Shown in pieces: positions 9,601-18,542 of a DNA stretch of 28,227 nucleotides; position 1 is the first letter of the stretch, and every line of letters begins with the position of its first letter. A program made the position numbers and the translations under genes. The stretch is from contig JBDRGF010000127.1 of assembly GCA_043818055.1 (NCBI GenBank), forward strand, positions 1 to 28,227, read 5' to 3'. The notes under the pieces are model-generated. The model worked only from the letters and a program-made list of their open reading frames with translations. It made no database searches and was not told where the DNA came from. This stretch comes from Pseudomonadota bacterium. GTDB lineage: Bacteria > UBA10199 > 2-02-FULL-44-16 > JBDRGF01.

Positions 9601-11073
9601 TTATCTATGTCGTCTGCGGCGTTTTGAGCGGGAGGACTTCTTCTTTTCCTCTTTTTTCTCTTCTTTTATTTTCTCTTTCTGTTCTTTGGAGGGAAAGACG
9701 CCCAGAATGCTTTGAGGTTCCTGAAAATGCGGTAGAGATTTAACGACGTTTTGTACTATGCTGGGAGTTATGAATATTAACAGCTCTGTTCTGTTATTTA
9801 TGCTCGTCTTGCTTTTGAAGAGATTTCCTATGATCGGAATCTTGTAGAGTCCCGGCACGCCCTTCACCGACTTTGCATCCCTCACCCTGAAAAGACCGCC
9901 GATGATGGTCGTGTCGCCATCTTTCAACAAGACAGTTGTTGTAGCAGTGCTGTCTATGACTGCCGGAATGCCCTGTATCGCTCTTGAAAAATCGGCCTCC
10001 GACTCTGTAGCTGCTATTGTAAGTTTTACCAAACCACCTGTTGTAATCTGAGGTGTCACTTTGAGTTCTATGCCAGTATCGATCTCCTGAAGCGTGCCTG
10101 ATGACCCTACAGCTGTGCCTGCTGATGTACCACCACCTCCTCCACCGCCAGTCCCGATTGTCACATCGCCGCTTGTGCGGACATAGAACTTCACACCGCT
10201 TCGGATCGAAGCCTGCTGGTTATTCAGCGTGACTATCGATGGTCTCGAGAGAATATCGATCTCACCCTTCTGCTCAGCGGCGGAGAGCTGAAAATCTGTC
10301 AGGATTCCTCTGAAGCTTCCCAAAATCAGTCCAAGACCTCCCAGAGGAGGACCGCTGTTGAGGCTAGTAGCAGGCGCATTTAAAATAAGGGCTCTTCCGC
10401 TGTCAGCAGTGCCGACCGCGGTCAGCCCAGCTGTCTGTACGGTGCCGCCTGTTTTTGTGACACCCCACTGAATGCCGAGACTTCGCACAAAGTCTGATGA
10501 GGCATCTATGATTTTTGCCTCTATCAATACCTGCGGTTCTTTTTTGTCCAGATTGTCTATCATGAATATGATATTATCGAGAGCCACTTTAGAATCCCTC
10601 ACATGGATCGAGTTCGTCCTCTCATCTGCGATCGCAGATCCCCTTTCAGAGATCAGGGACTGAACATGCGGGAGTATTTCGTTTGCCTTTGCATATTTGA
10701 GATAGAAGGGCTCGGTGATCAGATCCTCACCCAAACTCATCAACTCTTTTCTCGGCATGACCTGCATGATATTTTTTTCAGTCACGATACCAAAACCGTG
10801 TGTCTTTAAAATGGCGTCCATGGCATCTTTAATATAGATATTCTTAAATCTCGCATTGACCTTCGCATTGACACCGTCGGGGACAACTATATTTCTTCCC
10901 TCCATCTGAGCAAGCAGCCTCACCGCACCGCTCAAATCCGCATTCTTGAACTCGATGTTGTATTGTTTTTCGGCAGAGGCCCCAATTTCTGTCAGAAATA
11001 AAAGTGACAAAAAGAAAAGAGAAATAGATAAGAACAAAACATTTCGCATTTTTATTTTACAGTTATTTTTCAT
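9601..11073 (-). CDS. Outer-membrane secretin (PilQ/MshL/GspD family)
   Basis: Signal peptide, N0/N3-like domains (LKYAKA, DERTNSI), QVLIEAKII, TGIELKVTPQI, IIGGL, VPGLYKIPIIGNLFK, ELLIFITP. Confidence 0.93.
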   Translation of the reverse strand: MKNNCKIKMRNVLFLSISLFFLSLLFLTEIGASAEKQYNIEFKNADLSGAVRLLAQMEGRNIVVPDGVNAKVNARFKNIYIKDAMDAILKTHGFGIVTEKNIMQVMPRKELMSLGEDLITEPFYLKYAKANEILPHVQSLISERGSAIADERTNSIHVRDSKVALDNIIFMIDNLDKKEPQVLIEAKIIDASSDFVRSLGIQWGVTKTGGTVQTAGLTAVGTADSGRALILNAPATSLNSGPPLGGLGLILGSFRGILTDFQLSAAEQKGEIDILSRPSIVTLNNQQASIRSGVKFYVRTSGDVTIGTGGGGGGGTSAGTAVGSSGTLQEIDTGIELKVTPQITTGGLVKLTIAATESEADFSRAIQGIPAVIDSTATTTVLLKDGDTTIIGGLFRVRDAKSVKGVPGLYKIPIIGNLFKSKTSINNRTELLIFITPSIVQNVVKSLPHFQEPQSILGVFPSKEQKEKIKEEKKEEKKKSSRSKRRRRHR

Positions 11074-11084
11074 AGAGAAAAAAA

Positions 11085-11483
11085 TTATTTACCGCTCTGT
11101 TCAACATTTCTGAGCGGCACGCTAAAAAAACCATTCTCATTTTTAAATATGACCCTGTTCTCTTCTATCTCAACCACCTCATTGAATCCTATGCTCTCGC
11201 CCTCTCTCACCACCTGATTATTGACGAGAGCTGCTGAATCATCTTTGCTATAGACGATTCCTGTGAGAGCGAGTTCGTTAACAGCGACATCGTCAACCGG
11301 TTGAACAAAGGGATTGTTTCTCCATATCATCTTGTCTCCTGTTATCTCCTCAAAACCCTGAGTGTTTAAACCGGAAAGCGGTTTCCCCTGAGCTTCTTGA
11401 GCATTGAGATTGAAGGAGGCAAAAAGGCAGATGATCACAACGATAATTTTCAAGAGAGCGTTATATGACAACCTATTGCTCAT
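11085..11483 (-). CDS. PilP/MshK/GspC-like exported pilus assembly protein
   Basis: Signal peptide, RNNPF motif, LTGIVYS...ALVNNQVVREGESI beta domain; directly upstream of the secretin. Confidence 0.7.
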   Translation of the reverse strand: MSNRLSYNALLKIIVVIICLFASFNLNAQEAQGKPLSGLNTQGFEEITGDKMIWRNNPFVQPVDDVAVNELALTGIVYSKDDSAALVNNQVVREGESIGFNEVVEIEENRVIFKNENGFFSVPLRNVEQSGK

Positions 11484-11496
11484 AATCTGGCACCCC

Positions 11497-12075
11497 TTAT
11501 TGTTTCCACCCATAAACCGTCATATCAGCATTTACATCGACCCTTCCAAAACCATCCTTTGAAGATACTACATCAAGGCTCTCTGTAATCAACAGGAGCG
11601 GAAGTTGTTCGATTTTATCAAAATATCCTGCTATTGAAAAGAAAGAACCGTTCAAAGATAATTTGATCTTCTTCACCATAATGCCATCTTGTGGTTTCGA
11701 TTCGTCAAAATCGAAGGCAGTTACCTTTACATCTCCCAAAATTGAAGGACTAGTGAAATCCCTGAGCAGAACGACTTCGGGGGAGTTTGCAATCCTTCTC
11801 GCCCAGGAGGAATATTTTTCTCTCATATCTTTGCTGCCATTCCATTTCGATACTGATTCCTCGGCTGCAGCCTCTGATAGCGATTTTTTTAGTTCATTCT
11901 GTTCTGTGGTAACGTCGGTAAGACTGGTTTTGACTAAGGAGAGCGCCTTGCCGCTTGGAACGAGACACGATCTCAAAAAGACAACCAACAAAAGAAATAT
12001 CACAATGAAGAATATTATCCTCTCCTTCTTTGTTGGTACTGAGTTCCAATCAACCTTTGTAACTTCAAGCTTCAT
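11497..12075 (-). CDS. PilO/MshJ-like inner-membrane alignment protein
   Basis: KKER + single TM + coiled coil + LSLNGSFFSIAGYFDKIEQLPLLL signature; gene order. Confidence 0.75.
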   Translation of the reverse strand: MKLEVTKVDWNSVPTKKERIIFFIVIFLLLVVFLRSCLVPSGKALSLVKTSLTDVTTEQNELKKSLSEAAAEESVSKWNGSKDMREKYSSWARRIANSPEVVLLRDFTSPSILGDVKVTAFDFDESKPQDGIMVKKIKLSLNGSFFSIAGYFDKIEQLPLLLITESLDVVSSKDGFGRVDVNADMTVYGWKQ

Positions 12076-12078
12076 ATT

Positions 12079-12666
12079 TTAAACGCCCGGTTTAGTTTTA
12101 GAATCGTTTTGCAAATGCTTTATTGAACATTCGATATCGTAATCGAGCCTCACCTTTCCATCCTTTTCCACAGTATCCGATTTAACGAGTTTGACATTGG
12201 CAAACAAAGGACTCTTGTCCAGCACATCCAGAAGGTTTGCCAGTGAGCTTTGATCGATGGTCTGTCCGGTTGCCTTCATCTTAGGATTCTTACCGTCGGT
12301 TGCGCTCAGTGAGTTTAACCAAACTCTCTGAGGCAGGTTATCTGAAAGGGTGTTCAACACCTTCGACCAGAGTATGCGTTGATCGAAGTCCTTGAAGATA
12401 TCCTCTTTATTCCCCCTTTTATTGACATCGATACCGCTCTCCGTAGCCTTCCTCTTCAATTCGTAATTCAGTGTTTCATTTTTAACGACATCGCCCTGAA
12501 GGAGGGATAATCTCAATTTTTGAACTATCCCGAATAGCAGCATCAGGGAGATGCACCCGCCCGCGATGACCAACATCATCCTCCGGTCGAGCTTGAACTC
12601 TCTGATGTTGACAATCTCCATCAGTTGACTCTTGAGATCTTTATGTTCCGCAAAGTTTATGTGCAT
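12079..12666 (-). CDS. pilN: PilN-like protein
   Basis: HINF start motif, TM helix, WSKVLNTLSDNLPQRVWLNSL, SPLFANVKL. Start ATG 12666 (the upstream ORF extension is repeat-derived). Confidence 0.8.
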   Translation of the reverse strand: MHINFAEHKDLKSQLMEIVNIREFKLDRRMMLVIAGGCISLMLLFGIVQKLRLSLLQGDVVKNETLNYELKRKATESGIDVNKRGNKEDIFKDFDQRILWSKVLNTLSDNLPQRVWLNSLSATDGKNPKMKATGQTIDQSSLANLLDVLDKSPLFANVKLVKSDTVEKDGKVRLDYDIECSIKHLQNDSKTKPGV

Positions 12667-12679
12667 AAAATAATCAAAA

Positions 12680-12768
12680 GCGCATGTAGCATGTAGTATG
12701 TGGCATGTGGGCAAAAATTTGCTTGAAGGGTTTTTTACTACATACTACATGCCACATGCTACATACGC
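12680..12768. repeat. Inverted heptamer element (CATGTAG/CATGTGG), 31-bp arms, between pilM and pilN
   Basis: gcgcatgtagcatgtagtatgtggcatgtgg ... ctacatactacatgccacatgctacatacgc; the six arm mismatches are all transitions. Confidence 0.9.
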
Positions 12769-12778
12769 CTTTCTCTTT

Positions 12779-13801
12779 TCAATCCACTGCCAATCCACAT
12801 GCTACTGCAAACAACGCCTTGCTATTCTTTAACATCTCCATGTCTGAACTCTTCACATTTATTTTTTTAAAGGGATTAAATATTTCAACTGGAACATTCA
12901 AATTTTTATTCAAAAATTCTTTCAGCTCTGTGTAATAAGCACCTCCGCCACATAGGCTTATCTCGCTTATGTTTTTCTTGCCAAACATTTGGGTGAAACC
13001 ATCGAGAGATCTTTGTACTTCAAGGGCGAAACGGGAGTAGAAGTGAGAGATGGTGTTCTTTAAAACGGAGTTCTGTTGTTCACTCAATTCGTGTTTGACG
13101 GCACCGCCGACACCAAAATATGAATCCTTTATCTCACCCGCTTTTTCGCTATCGGTGCCTATGTCCCTTGCGATCTGAGCTATCAGATTACTGTCAGCGC
13201 TCCCGGCAAGCGGTCTTGAAAATAAAAAACCTCTCTTTCCCATCACCACAAAAAGCGCATGGAAACTTCCGATATCAATAATGATATTGTAATCCTCTCT
13301 TGAAACTCCACTGCAATTGTCAAAGATCGAAGCTATCGCCGAGGCGTTTGGTTCAATTATCTTTGGATAGGCGAGCCCGATCTCTTTTGTAAAGTCAACA
13401 CATGCCTTTATAGCATCGCGTTTTATGGCGAAGACGATCAGTGGTATCTTATCGCTCAATTTCAAATCTTCGGTGTTTATCCTCGTATATCTGAATTCGT
13501 AATCTTCGACACTCCCTGCTACAAATTTTCTACACCCCCATTTGACCGCCTCGTTCAATTCAGCGTCTGGCATCTGGGGAAGGTCGAGCCGCCTGATCCT
13601 GAGCGATGGATTTTCAATGTTGATGCGCACATCCTTGGTTTTAATGCCGGCCTCTTTTATAAATTTCGCAATCTGTTCTTTTTTTTCATCGCATGAAAGA
13701 AATCCAAAAGCTGTGAGCTTATATCCATTGATCCCTGTCTCGAGACAGACGACCTTTAAATTTTTAGTCCCTATGTCGATGCCGATTGTGGTTTTAAACA
13801 T
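12779..13801 (-). CDS. pilM: PilM-like actin-fold pilus assembly protein
   Basis: IGIDIG, LPQMPDAELNEAVKW, IIDIG, EVQRSL, LCGGGA, NPF, VACGLA. Start ATG 13801. Confidence 0.88.
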   Translation of the reverse strand: MFKTTIGIDIGTKNLKVVCLETGINGYKLTAFGFLSCDEKKEQIAKFIKEAGIKTKDVRINIENPSLRIRRLDLPQMPDAELNEAVKWGCRKFVAGSVEDYEFRYTRINTEDLKLSDKIPLIVFAIKRDAIKACVDFTKEIGLAYPKIIEPNASAIASIFDNCSGVSREDYNIIIDIGSFHALFVVMGKRGFLFSRPLAGSADSNLIAQIARDIGTDSEKAGEIKDSYFGVGGAVKHELSEQQNSVLKNTISHFYSRFALEVQRSLDGFTQMFGKKNISEISLCGGGAYYTELKEFLNKNLNVPVEIFNPFKKINVKSSDMEMLKNSKALFAVACGLAVD

Positions 13802-13816
13802 ATAAAAACCGTCGTT

Positions 13817-13893
13817 CGTGAAGCGTAAAGCGTGCAACGTAAAACGCAAAAAAATATTCACGCGCTTCACGCTTCACGGGCGGACGCTTCACG
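13817..13893. repeat. Inverted heptamer element (CGTGAAG / CTTCACG) between the TPR gene and pilM
   Basis: cgtgaag cgtaaag cgtgcaa cgtaaaa cgc ... cttcacg cttcacg ggcggacg cttcacg. Confidence 0.88.
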
Positions 13894-13898
13894 TTCTT

Positions 13899-14909
13899 TC
13901 ACTTTCCCGTCAATCCCTTAACCCTCTCGGTCACCATGGTGAACAATTCATCATCCTTTTTGGGGTAGGTGTCGAGAAAGAGGCGATAGTATTTTACCGC
14001 TACACCGATATCTCCCAGCTGTTCATTCATGACTGCGAGATTGAAATATGGATCCGGGAGCGTGCTATTTATAGCGATTGCCTTCTCTAAATAATTTTGT
14101 GCCTCTTCATTTTCACCGATCTGAGATTTTAAAAGGCCAAAATTGTTTAAACAGATGGCGCAATTGCTGTCGAGCGATAACGCTTTTTCGTATTCGGACG
14201 CAGCGTTGTCAAAGAGCCCCTTTTTAAAATAGATGAGCCCAAGGCTGCTATGAAGCATCGCATTCCCCGGTTGCTTCGATATGGCCTGTTGAAAAAGAGT
14301 TATCGCCAAGTCCATGTTTCCAACGTTGTAAGCCGATGTCGCACCTTGCAGATCTTCTGTGATATCGACTTTTGGAGGTTCGGGCGATTTTTCCTCTGTC
14401 GCTACAGCCTTAATCTCCTCTTTAGCCTCTGTCGCAACTTCATTCCCACTATACATCGTCCTCCAGAGAATTACGCCGACAGCTATGATAAAAACAAGCG
14501 CGCTGAGCAGGATCAGTTTTTTCTTTCCTTTTGGGTTTAGCTCTAACGCTTCAAGTGCTTTGAGGGTTTTTATATCCTTTTCTTTTTTATTGTTACTCTC
14601 TCCATGGAAAAATCCGCTCGTCATCCCGGGCTTTTGCGCGATCAATGGAGAGGGGCTGCTCACAGGTACTTTAGGCTCAAGTGGCGGTTTTTTAAAAATT
14701 TGAGGCTTTGGTTGTATCTCGTTCACAACACCAGCTACCTTTGGTTCTGCCTCTCTCTTTGCCCCTCCCCCTTGAGGGGGGAGGGTGGGTGGGGGTGAAA
14801 TTTTTTCAACTGGCTTGTCAGGTGAAGATGGAGCCGGAGCCGGAACTTTTTTTTCCTCAGGCGCCTCTTTTTCTTTATTATCCTTCAGGGCTTTTAATAT
14901 TATCGACAT
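13899..14909 (-). CDS. Membrane-anchored TPR protein (MshN/GspB-like position)
   Basis: MSIILKALK N-terminus, Pro/Lys-rich linker, one TM helix, about four C-terminal TPRs; follows the ExeA-like ATPase. Confidence 0.8.
   Translation of the reverse strand: MSIILKALKDNKEKEAPEEKKVPAPAPSSPDKPVEKISPPPTLPPQGGGAKREAEPKVAGVVNEIQPKPQIFKKPPLEPKVPVSSPSPLIAQKPGMTSGFFHGESNNKKEKDIKTLKALEALELNPKGKKKLILLSALVFIIAVGVILWRTMYSGNEVATEAKEEIKAVATEEKSPEPPKVDITEDLQGATSAYNVGNMDLAITLFQQAISKQPGNAMLHSSLGLIYFKKGLFDNAASEYEKALSLDSNCAICLNNFGLLKSQIGENEEAQNYLEKAIAINSTLPDPYFNLAVMNEQLGDIGVAVKYYRLFLDTYPKKDDELFTMVTERVKGLTGK
14762..14798. repeat. GC-rich palindromic mini-repeat inside the TPR gene
   Basis: CCCTCCCCC-ttgag-GGGGGAGGG followed by tgggtgggggtga; encodes SPPPTLPPQGGG in the linker. 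Confidence 0.6.
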
Positions 14910-14921
14910 TCCATGAACCCC

Positions 14922-15800
14922 TTAACTGTTCAACCAGCTAAAAATGCGCTTCACAGTTCCAGTAAAAATTCCCGCGCCACTAAAACCCGATCTGCCTTCA
15001 ATCTCAGAGATAGCTTCATCGACCATATCCCTAGTCACCACATATTCCCTCGAGACATATGCCGCCAACAGACTTCTGTCGCAGAGTTTATTGATCTCGC
15101 GCGGTACCCCCTTCGTATATTCATACACGGCTCTCAGTGCCTTGCCGTCGAAATGAACTGAGTTTCCTCCACTGCTTGCGATAGTCAGCCGATGGAGAAT
15201 GTAGTTCACAGTTTCAACCAGCTTCAGTGAGCATAAAAAATTTCTGATTGCGATACGCTGGTTGAGCTGTCTCAATTGTGATAACCTCAATTTTGCTTCA
15301 AGCTCCTTTTGACCGATGAAAACGATTTGTAAGAGTTTTTCCTGTTCCGTTTCGAGGTTGGAGAGCATGCGGAGCATCTCGAATGCCTCGACTGATAGAT
15401 GCTGAGCTTCATCGATGACGATGACGGCATTCTTTTTTTGTTTGAGGCGCTTGAGAAGAAAATCGTTCAGCGCATCGATATGAGCCTTGACGCTCTGAGT
15501 TGAATTTATCTTATTTCCAAAGTCATCGTTGACCGCCTCCAACAGTTCCTGAACCGAGAGCATAGGGTTGAAGATGACGGAGGTATCGACCTCTTTGCCA
15601 AGCCTCCCCAGGAGCGCTCTGCAGATCGTCGTCTTTCCGGTGCCTATATCGCCGATGAGCGCTATGAATCCCTTCCGGTTGTTGATTCCGTACATGAGGG
15701 CTTCGATCGCCTCCTCGTGCTGATGGGAGAGAAAGAGAAAGGCCGGATCGGGCGTATTATTAAAAGGTTCTTTATGAAAATTAAAAAAGTCGAGATACAT
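14922..15800 (-). CDS. ExeA/GspA/MshM-family AAA ATPase
   Basis: MYLDFF..EPFNNTPDP, Walker A GDIGTGKT, Walker B VIDEAQ, LSNLET, GQ, GVPREINKLCDRSLL. Confidence 0.92.
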   Translation of the reverse strand: MYLDFFNFHKEPFNNTPDPAFLFLSHQHEEAIEALMYGINNRKGFIALIGDIGTGKTTICRALLGRLGKEVDTSVIFNPMLSVQELLEAVNDDFGNKINSTQSVKAHIDALNDFLLKRLKQKKNAVIVIDEAQHLSVEAFEMLRMLSNLETEQEKLLQIVFIGQKELEAKLRLSQLRQLNQRIAIRNFLCSLKLVETVNYILHRLTIASSGGNSVHFDGKALRAVYEYTKGVPREINKLCDRSLLAAYVSREYVVTRDMVDEAISEIEGRSGFSGAGIFTGTVKRIFSWLNS

Positions 15801-15816
15801 GATTCCCCTCGCTCAG

Positions 15817-15874
15817 GTAGGGGCAACCCCCTGTGGTTGCCCTTTTACGGGCGGCCACGGGGGGCCGCCCCTAC
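15817..15874. repeat. GTAG-family REP doublet (inverted pair)
   Basis: GTAG-GGGCAACC-ccctgt-GGTTGCCC and, inverted, GTAG-GGGCGGCC-ccccgt-GGCCGCCC, with compensatory stem changes. Confidence 0.85.
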
Positions 15875-15982
15875 AAAGCTCTTAAGGCCCAAACATACCA
15901 CAATTTCAGAACATGAAAAAGGAAATTATTTATCGGGAAGTCGTTAAAGAACTTTGATTTCAAGGGGATGGAGAAGAGAGAA

Positions 15983-17923
15983 TCATCCGTCAGGCGGTGT
16001 GAAGTTGCCTGTCGATTTTGTCGATCCATCACTCATTATGAAGGTGATGTTGAACGTGCGCCCGCTCATATCGGAGTTGAAACGAATACGGGTTATCGGG
16101 CGAGTTTGCGATGCTGAAAGGGTCACATTAGAGATGTTCAGATTTGATCCTGAACTTGCGCTGCCAGTCCAGACGTTAGAGTTGGAGACACGTATAACAC
16201 TGAGTGTACGGGATGGTGATGTCGGTGTCCAGCTGACTATAACCCTGTCCCAGGTGATCGTTGATGATCCAGTGTTGGTTATTGTTATTCCTCGCAAATC
16301 CTTATCGCTCCCCCCCCCAATGTTTGCACCAGAGATGTCAACCGAAAGAAAATCGGCCTGTGTTGAGGAGGTGGGTGTAAATGTAACAGATTTAGTCGTG
16401 CCATCCGACATCGTAAATTCCAATGTGAATTCTAATCCAGGTGTAATCGTATTATTAAAACCCAGACTGGTGATATCCCTGGCGCCATCCCCATCTCTCA
16501 AATAAATTCCGTTATCACCAAAGGAGACGAGCGTCCCACTGGAGGCATTGCTCGAATAGGTGTTGGAACCATCTGTATCCTCAATAATGCTCTGTTGTAG
16601 GCGCCTGCCGCCTTCACCGCTCCACGACATGGTGAGGCCGGTCATGCCGATATCCGCTGCACAGGTGTTTTCTATGGTAAGGCCGAGGATGTTCGTGCCG
16701 CTTGCTACAGCAGAACTTGTATCGATGGTTAAACAGTTCTGTTGACTGGCATTGAAGAGATCGAGCGATGTCGCTTTAGATGTGCCATCGACAAATGTCC
16801 ATATGATCGAATAGTTGCGTCCCAGCATATCTGCGTCAAACGCAAAGTAATTTGCTGTATAGGTCGATGAAGCCGCGTAGAGGTCGTTGCTAATATCTAT
16901 TAGCACACCGCTTCCTGCAGAACCGCCATAAATATTCGTCCCATCTATTCTAACAGTGTTCAGATTGCTTGATGGCGATGTAGGCGTCCAGCTGACTGTC
17001 ATCTTGTCAAGAATGATAGCTTCAGCACATGTGTTTTGGACTGTAGTCCCTGTCAATTGGCTCCAAAGGCTGCTATTCCATGTGAGCCTTGCACTTCCCG
17101 TATTCCATTGAAAACATGCAGCCTGATTATCGGCCAGAAAATTCACATCGACAACCTTTTCGTAATCGGAGCCATCATATGTGTAATGAAAGTGGAGTGT
17201 AAAATTGTGATCAGACATGTTCGTACTCCACCTGATGTCTGTTATATTATGAGCTGCAAAATCGTTGATGGTGTAATTGTTTGAAAAATTGACGCTTCCA
17301 CCGGATGCGGCTGACCCTGAAAATTCGGTAGGGTTACCTGCTATCCTGACGCGGACTAAACCCTCGCCAAGATCGGGCTCCCATGTCGTTCCTGACATTG
17401 CTGTGATAGTGAGAGGAAGAGAGCAGCTCGCATCCCTGCTCAGGGTTAAACCCTCCAACTCCCTGTTCGAAATGCCGGCACCAGTGGTATCGACATTCAG
17501 GCAATCGCCTGATGGAGGATTTGGATCGTTGATCTCAACTAAACTCCTCGCGTTCTGCTCAGCAGATGAAACATTAATTTTTCCAGCCGTCCTTGTGATA
17601 TTGACAGTCTCGCCGGAGAACTCTCTCGAAACTGAACTCCCCGACCAGCCATCGGTGATAATCTGCCCGAGCGCAAATTCCATGCCGAACTGAGATGAAT
17701 AAAAGGCCTGATCCCCTGTGACCTGCTGGATTCTCAACTGCTGATTGTATGATGAAAAATATGCGATGCCGAGACCCAAAGCGCCAAGCACAAATACAGC
17801 GATAATGGCAGCGATGACGGCAAAACCGGGCGCGCTATGTGCTATGCGCCATGCGTTGTGCGTTGAATGGGCTTTTCTGTTCAGCGTAGTTTCTAGAAAA
17901 AGTATTTTAAAAAATAACCTCAT
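15983..17923 (-). CDS. PilX/MshP-like minor pilin fused to four ~125-aa beta-rich repeats (putative tip adhesin)
   Basis: G|FAVIAAIIAVFVLGALG (no Glu5), QAFYSSQFGMEFAL PilX-like motif, four internal repeats. Start ATG 17923 is inferred. Confidence 0.72.
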   Translation of the reverse strand: MRLFFKILFLETTLNRKAHSTHNAWRIAHSAPGFAVIAAIIAVFVLGALGLGIAYFSSYNQQLRIQQVTGDQAFYSSQFGMEFALGQIITDGWSGSSVSREFSGETVNITRTAGKINVSSAEQNARSLVEINDPNPPSGDCLNVDTTGAGISNRELEGLTLSRDASCSLPLTITAMSGTTWEPDLGEGLVRVRIAGNPTEFSGSAASGGSVNFSNNYTINDFAAHNITDIRWSTNMSDHNFTLHFHYTYDGSDYEKVVDVNFLADNQAACFQWNTGSARLTWNSSLWSQLTGTTVQNTCAEAIILDKMTVSWTPTSPSSNLNTVRIDGTNIYGGSAGSGVLIDISNDLYAASSTYTANYFAFDADMLGRNYSIIWTFVDGTSKATSLDLFNASQQNCLTIDTSSAVASGTNILGLTIENTCAADIGMTGLTMSWSGEGGRRLQQSIIEDTDGSNTYSSNASSGTLVSFGDNGIYLRDGDGARDITSLGFNNTITPGLEFTLEFTMSDGTTKSVTFTPTSSTQADFLSVDISGANIGGGSDKDLRGITITNTGSSTITWDRVIVSWTPTSPSRTLSVIRVSNSNVWTGSASSGSNLNISNVTLSASQTRPITRIRFNSDMSGRTFNITFIMSDGSTKSTGNFTPPDG

Positions 17924-17973
17924 AATTTTTAATCTCAAGGCGCAAAGCTCACAACGCATAGCTCATAGCGCAC
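17830..17973. repeat. Inverted heptamer element (GCTATGC family), 33-bp arms enclosing the start codon of the PilX-like gene
   Basis: gcgcgctatgtgctatgcgccatgcgttgtgcg (17830-17862) pairs with cgcaaagctcacaacgcatagctcatagcgcac (17941-17973). Confidence 0.85.
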
Positions 17974-18513
17974 TTATTGAAATCCTGCATACGCGCTTGA
18001 AAATGGGCGGGGGAAGATCTGATTCCTCACACGCACAGCGCCGTAGCCGGTTCCTGCGCCGACAACCAGCTCAAAACCGATTCTTCTTATATCTGCCTGA
18101 GATCCTGCTGTGTTTCCATCCTGATTCAGATATGTGAAGGCGAGAGAGGAAATTCCGCTCGCCAATACGACGCCGCTCCTCTCGAGGTTTGTCCCGTTCA
18201 ATGAATAGTTGATATTATTTTCAGTAGGAAGATCGAACTGAACGACAGATGCCGTCCATGTATCGATTGAAGCGGTCGCAGGGATGAGTAAAATTTCAGC
18301 CCCCATCCTCTCCATGGCAAGGCGCGCCTGGGCTAGAGCAGCCTTTTGTCTCACCGCTAACGCGTATTGCCTGACACCTGATGAAATCACAGGACCAAGG
18401 AGTCCGGCAAGAATGCCGACGACAGCGATCGCCAGCACCATCTCGACGATGGTGAAACCAGAAAAGCCGTGAAGCTTTGAATACTCGTTTTTTCTTTTTA
18501 TTAACTTAAACAC
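17974..18513 (-). CDS. Minor pilin (MshO/PilW-like)
   Basis: G|FTIVEMVLAIAVVGILAG, ARLAMERMGAEI; start GTG 18513 behind AGGAG. Confidence 0.85.
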   Translation of the reverse strand: MFKLIKRKNEYSKLHGFSGFTIVEMVLAIAVVGILAGLLGPVISSGVRQYALAVRQKAALAQARLAMERMGAEILLIPATASIDTWTASVVQFDLPTENNINYSLNGTNLERSGVVLASGISSLAFTYLNQDGNTAGSQADIRRIGFELVVGAGTGYGAVRVRNQIFPRPFSSAYAGFQ

Positions 18514-18538
18514 TTCTACACTCCTACACTTAAACACT
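18504..18538. repeat. Octamer array containing AGGAG RBS and GTG start (copy 1)
   Basis: acttaaac acttctac actcctac acttaaac act. Confidence 0.88.
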
Positions 18539-18542
18539 GCTT

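Noticed and set aside
12667..13870. N-terminal extensions of PilN (MPTCHILHATC) and PilM (FTLHALRFT) in the ORF track
   Set aside because: These are translations of heptamer arms. Downstream ATGs (12666, 13801) sit at the family-typical starts.
15717..15947. 76-aa plus-strand ORF with RGNPLWLP/GRPRGAAPT
   Set aside because: Translation of the REP doublet, overlapping the ExeA-like gene in antisense.
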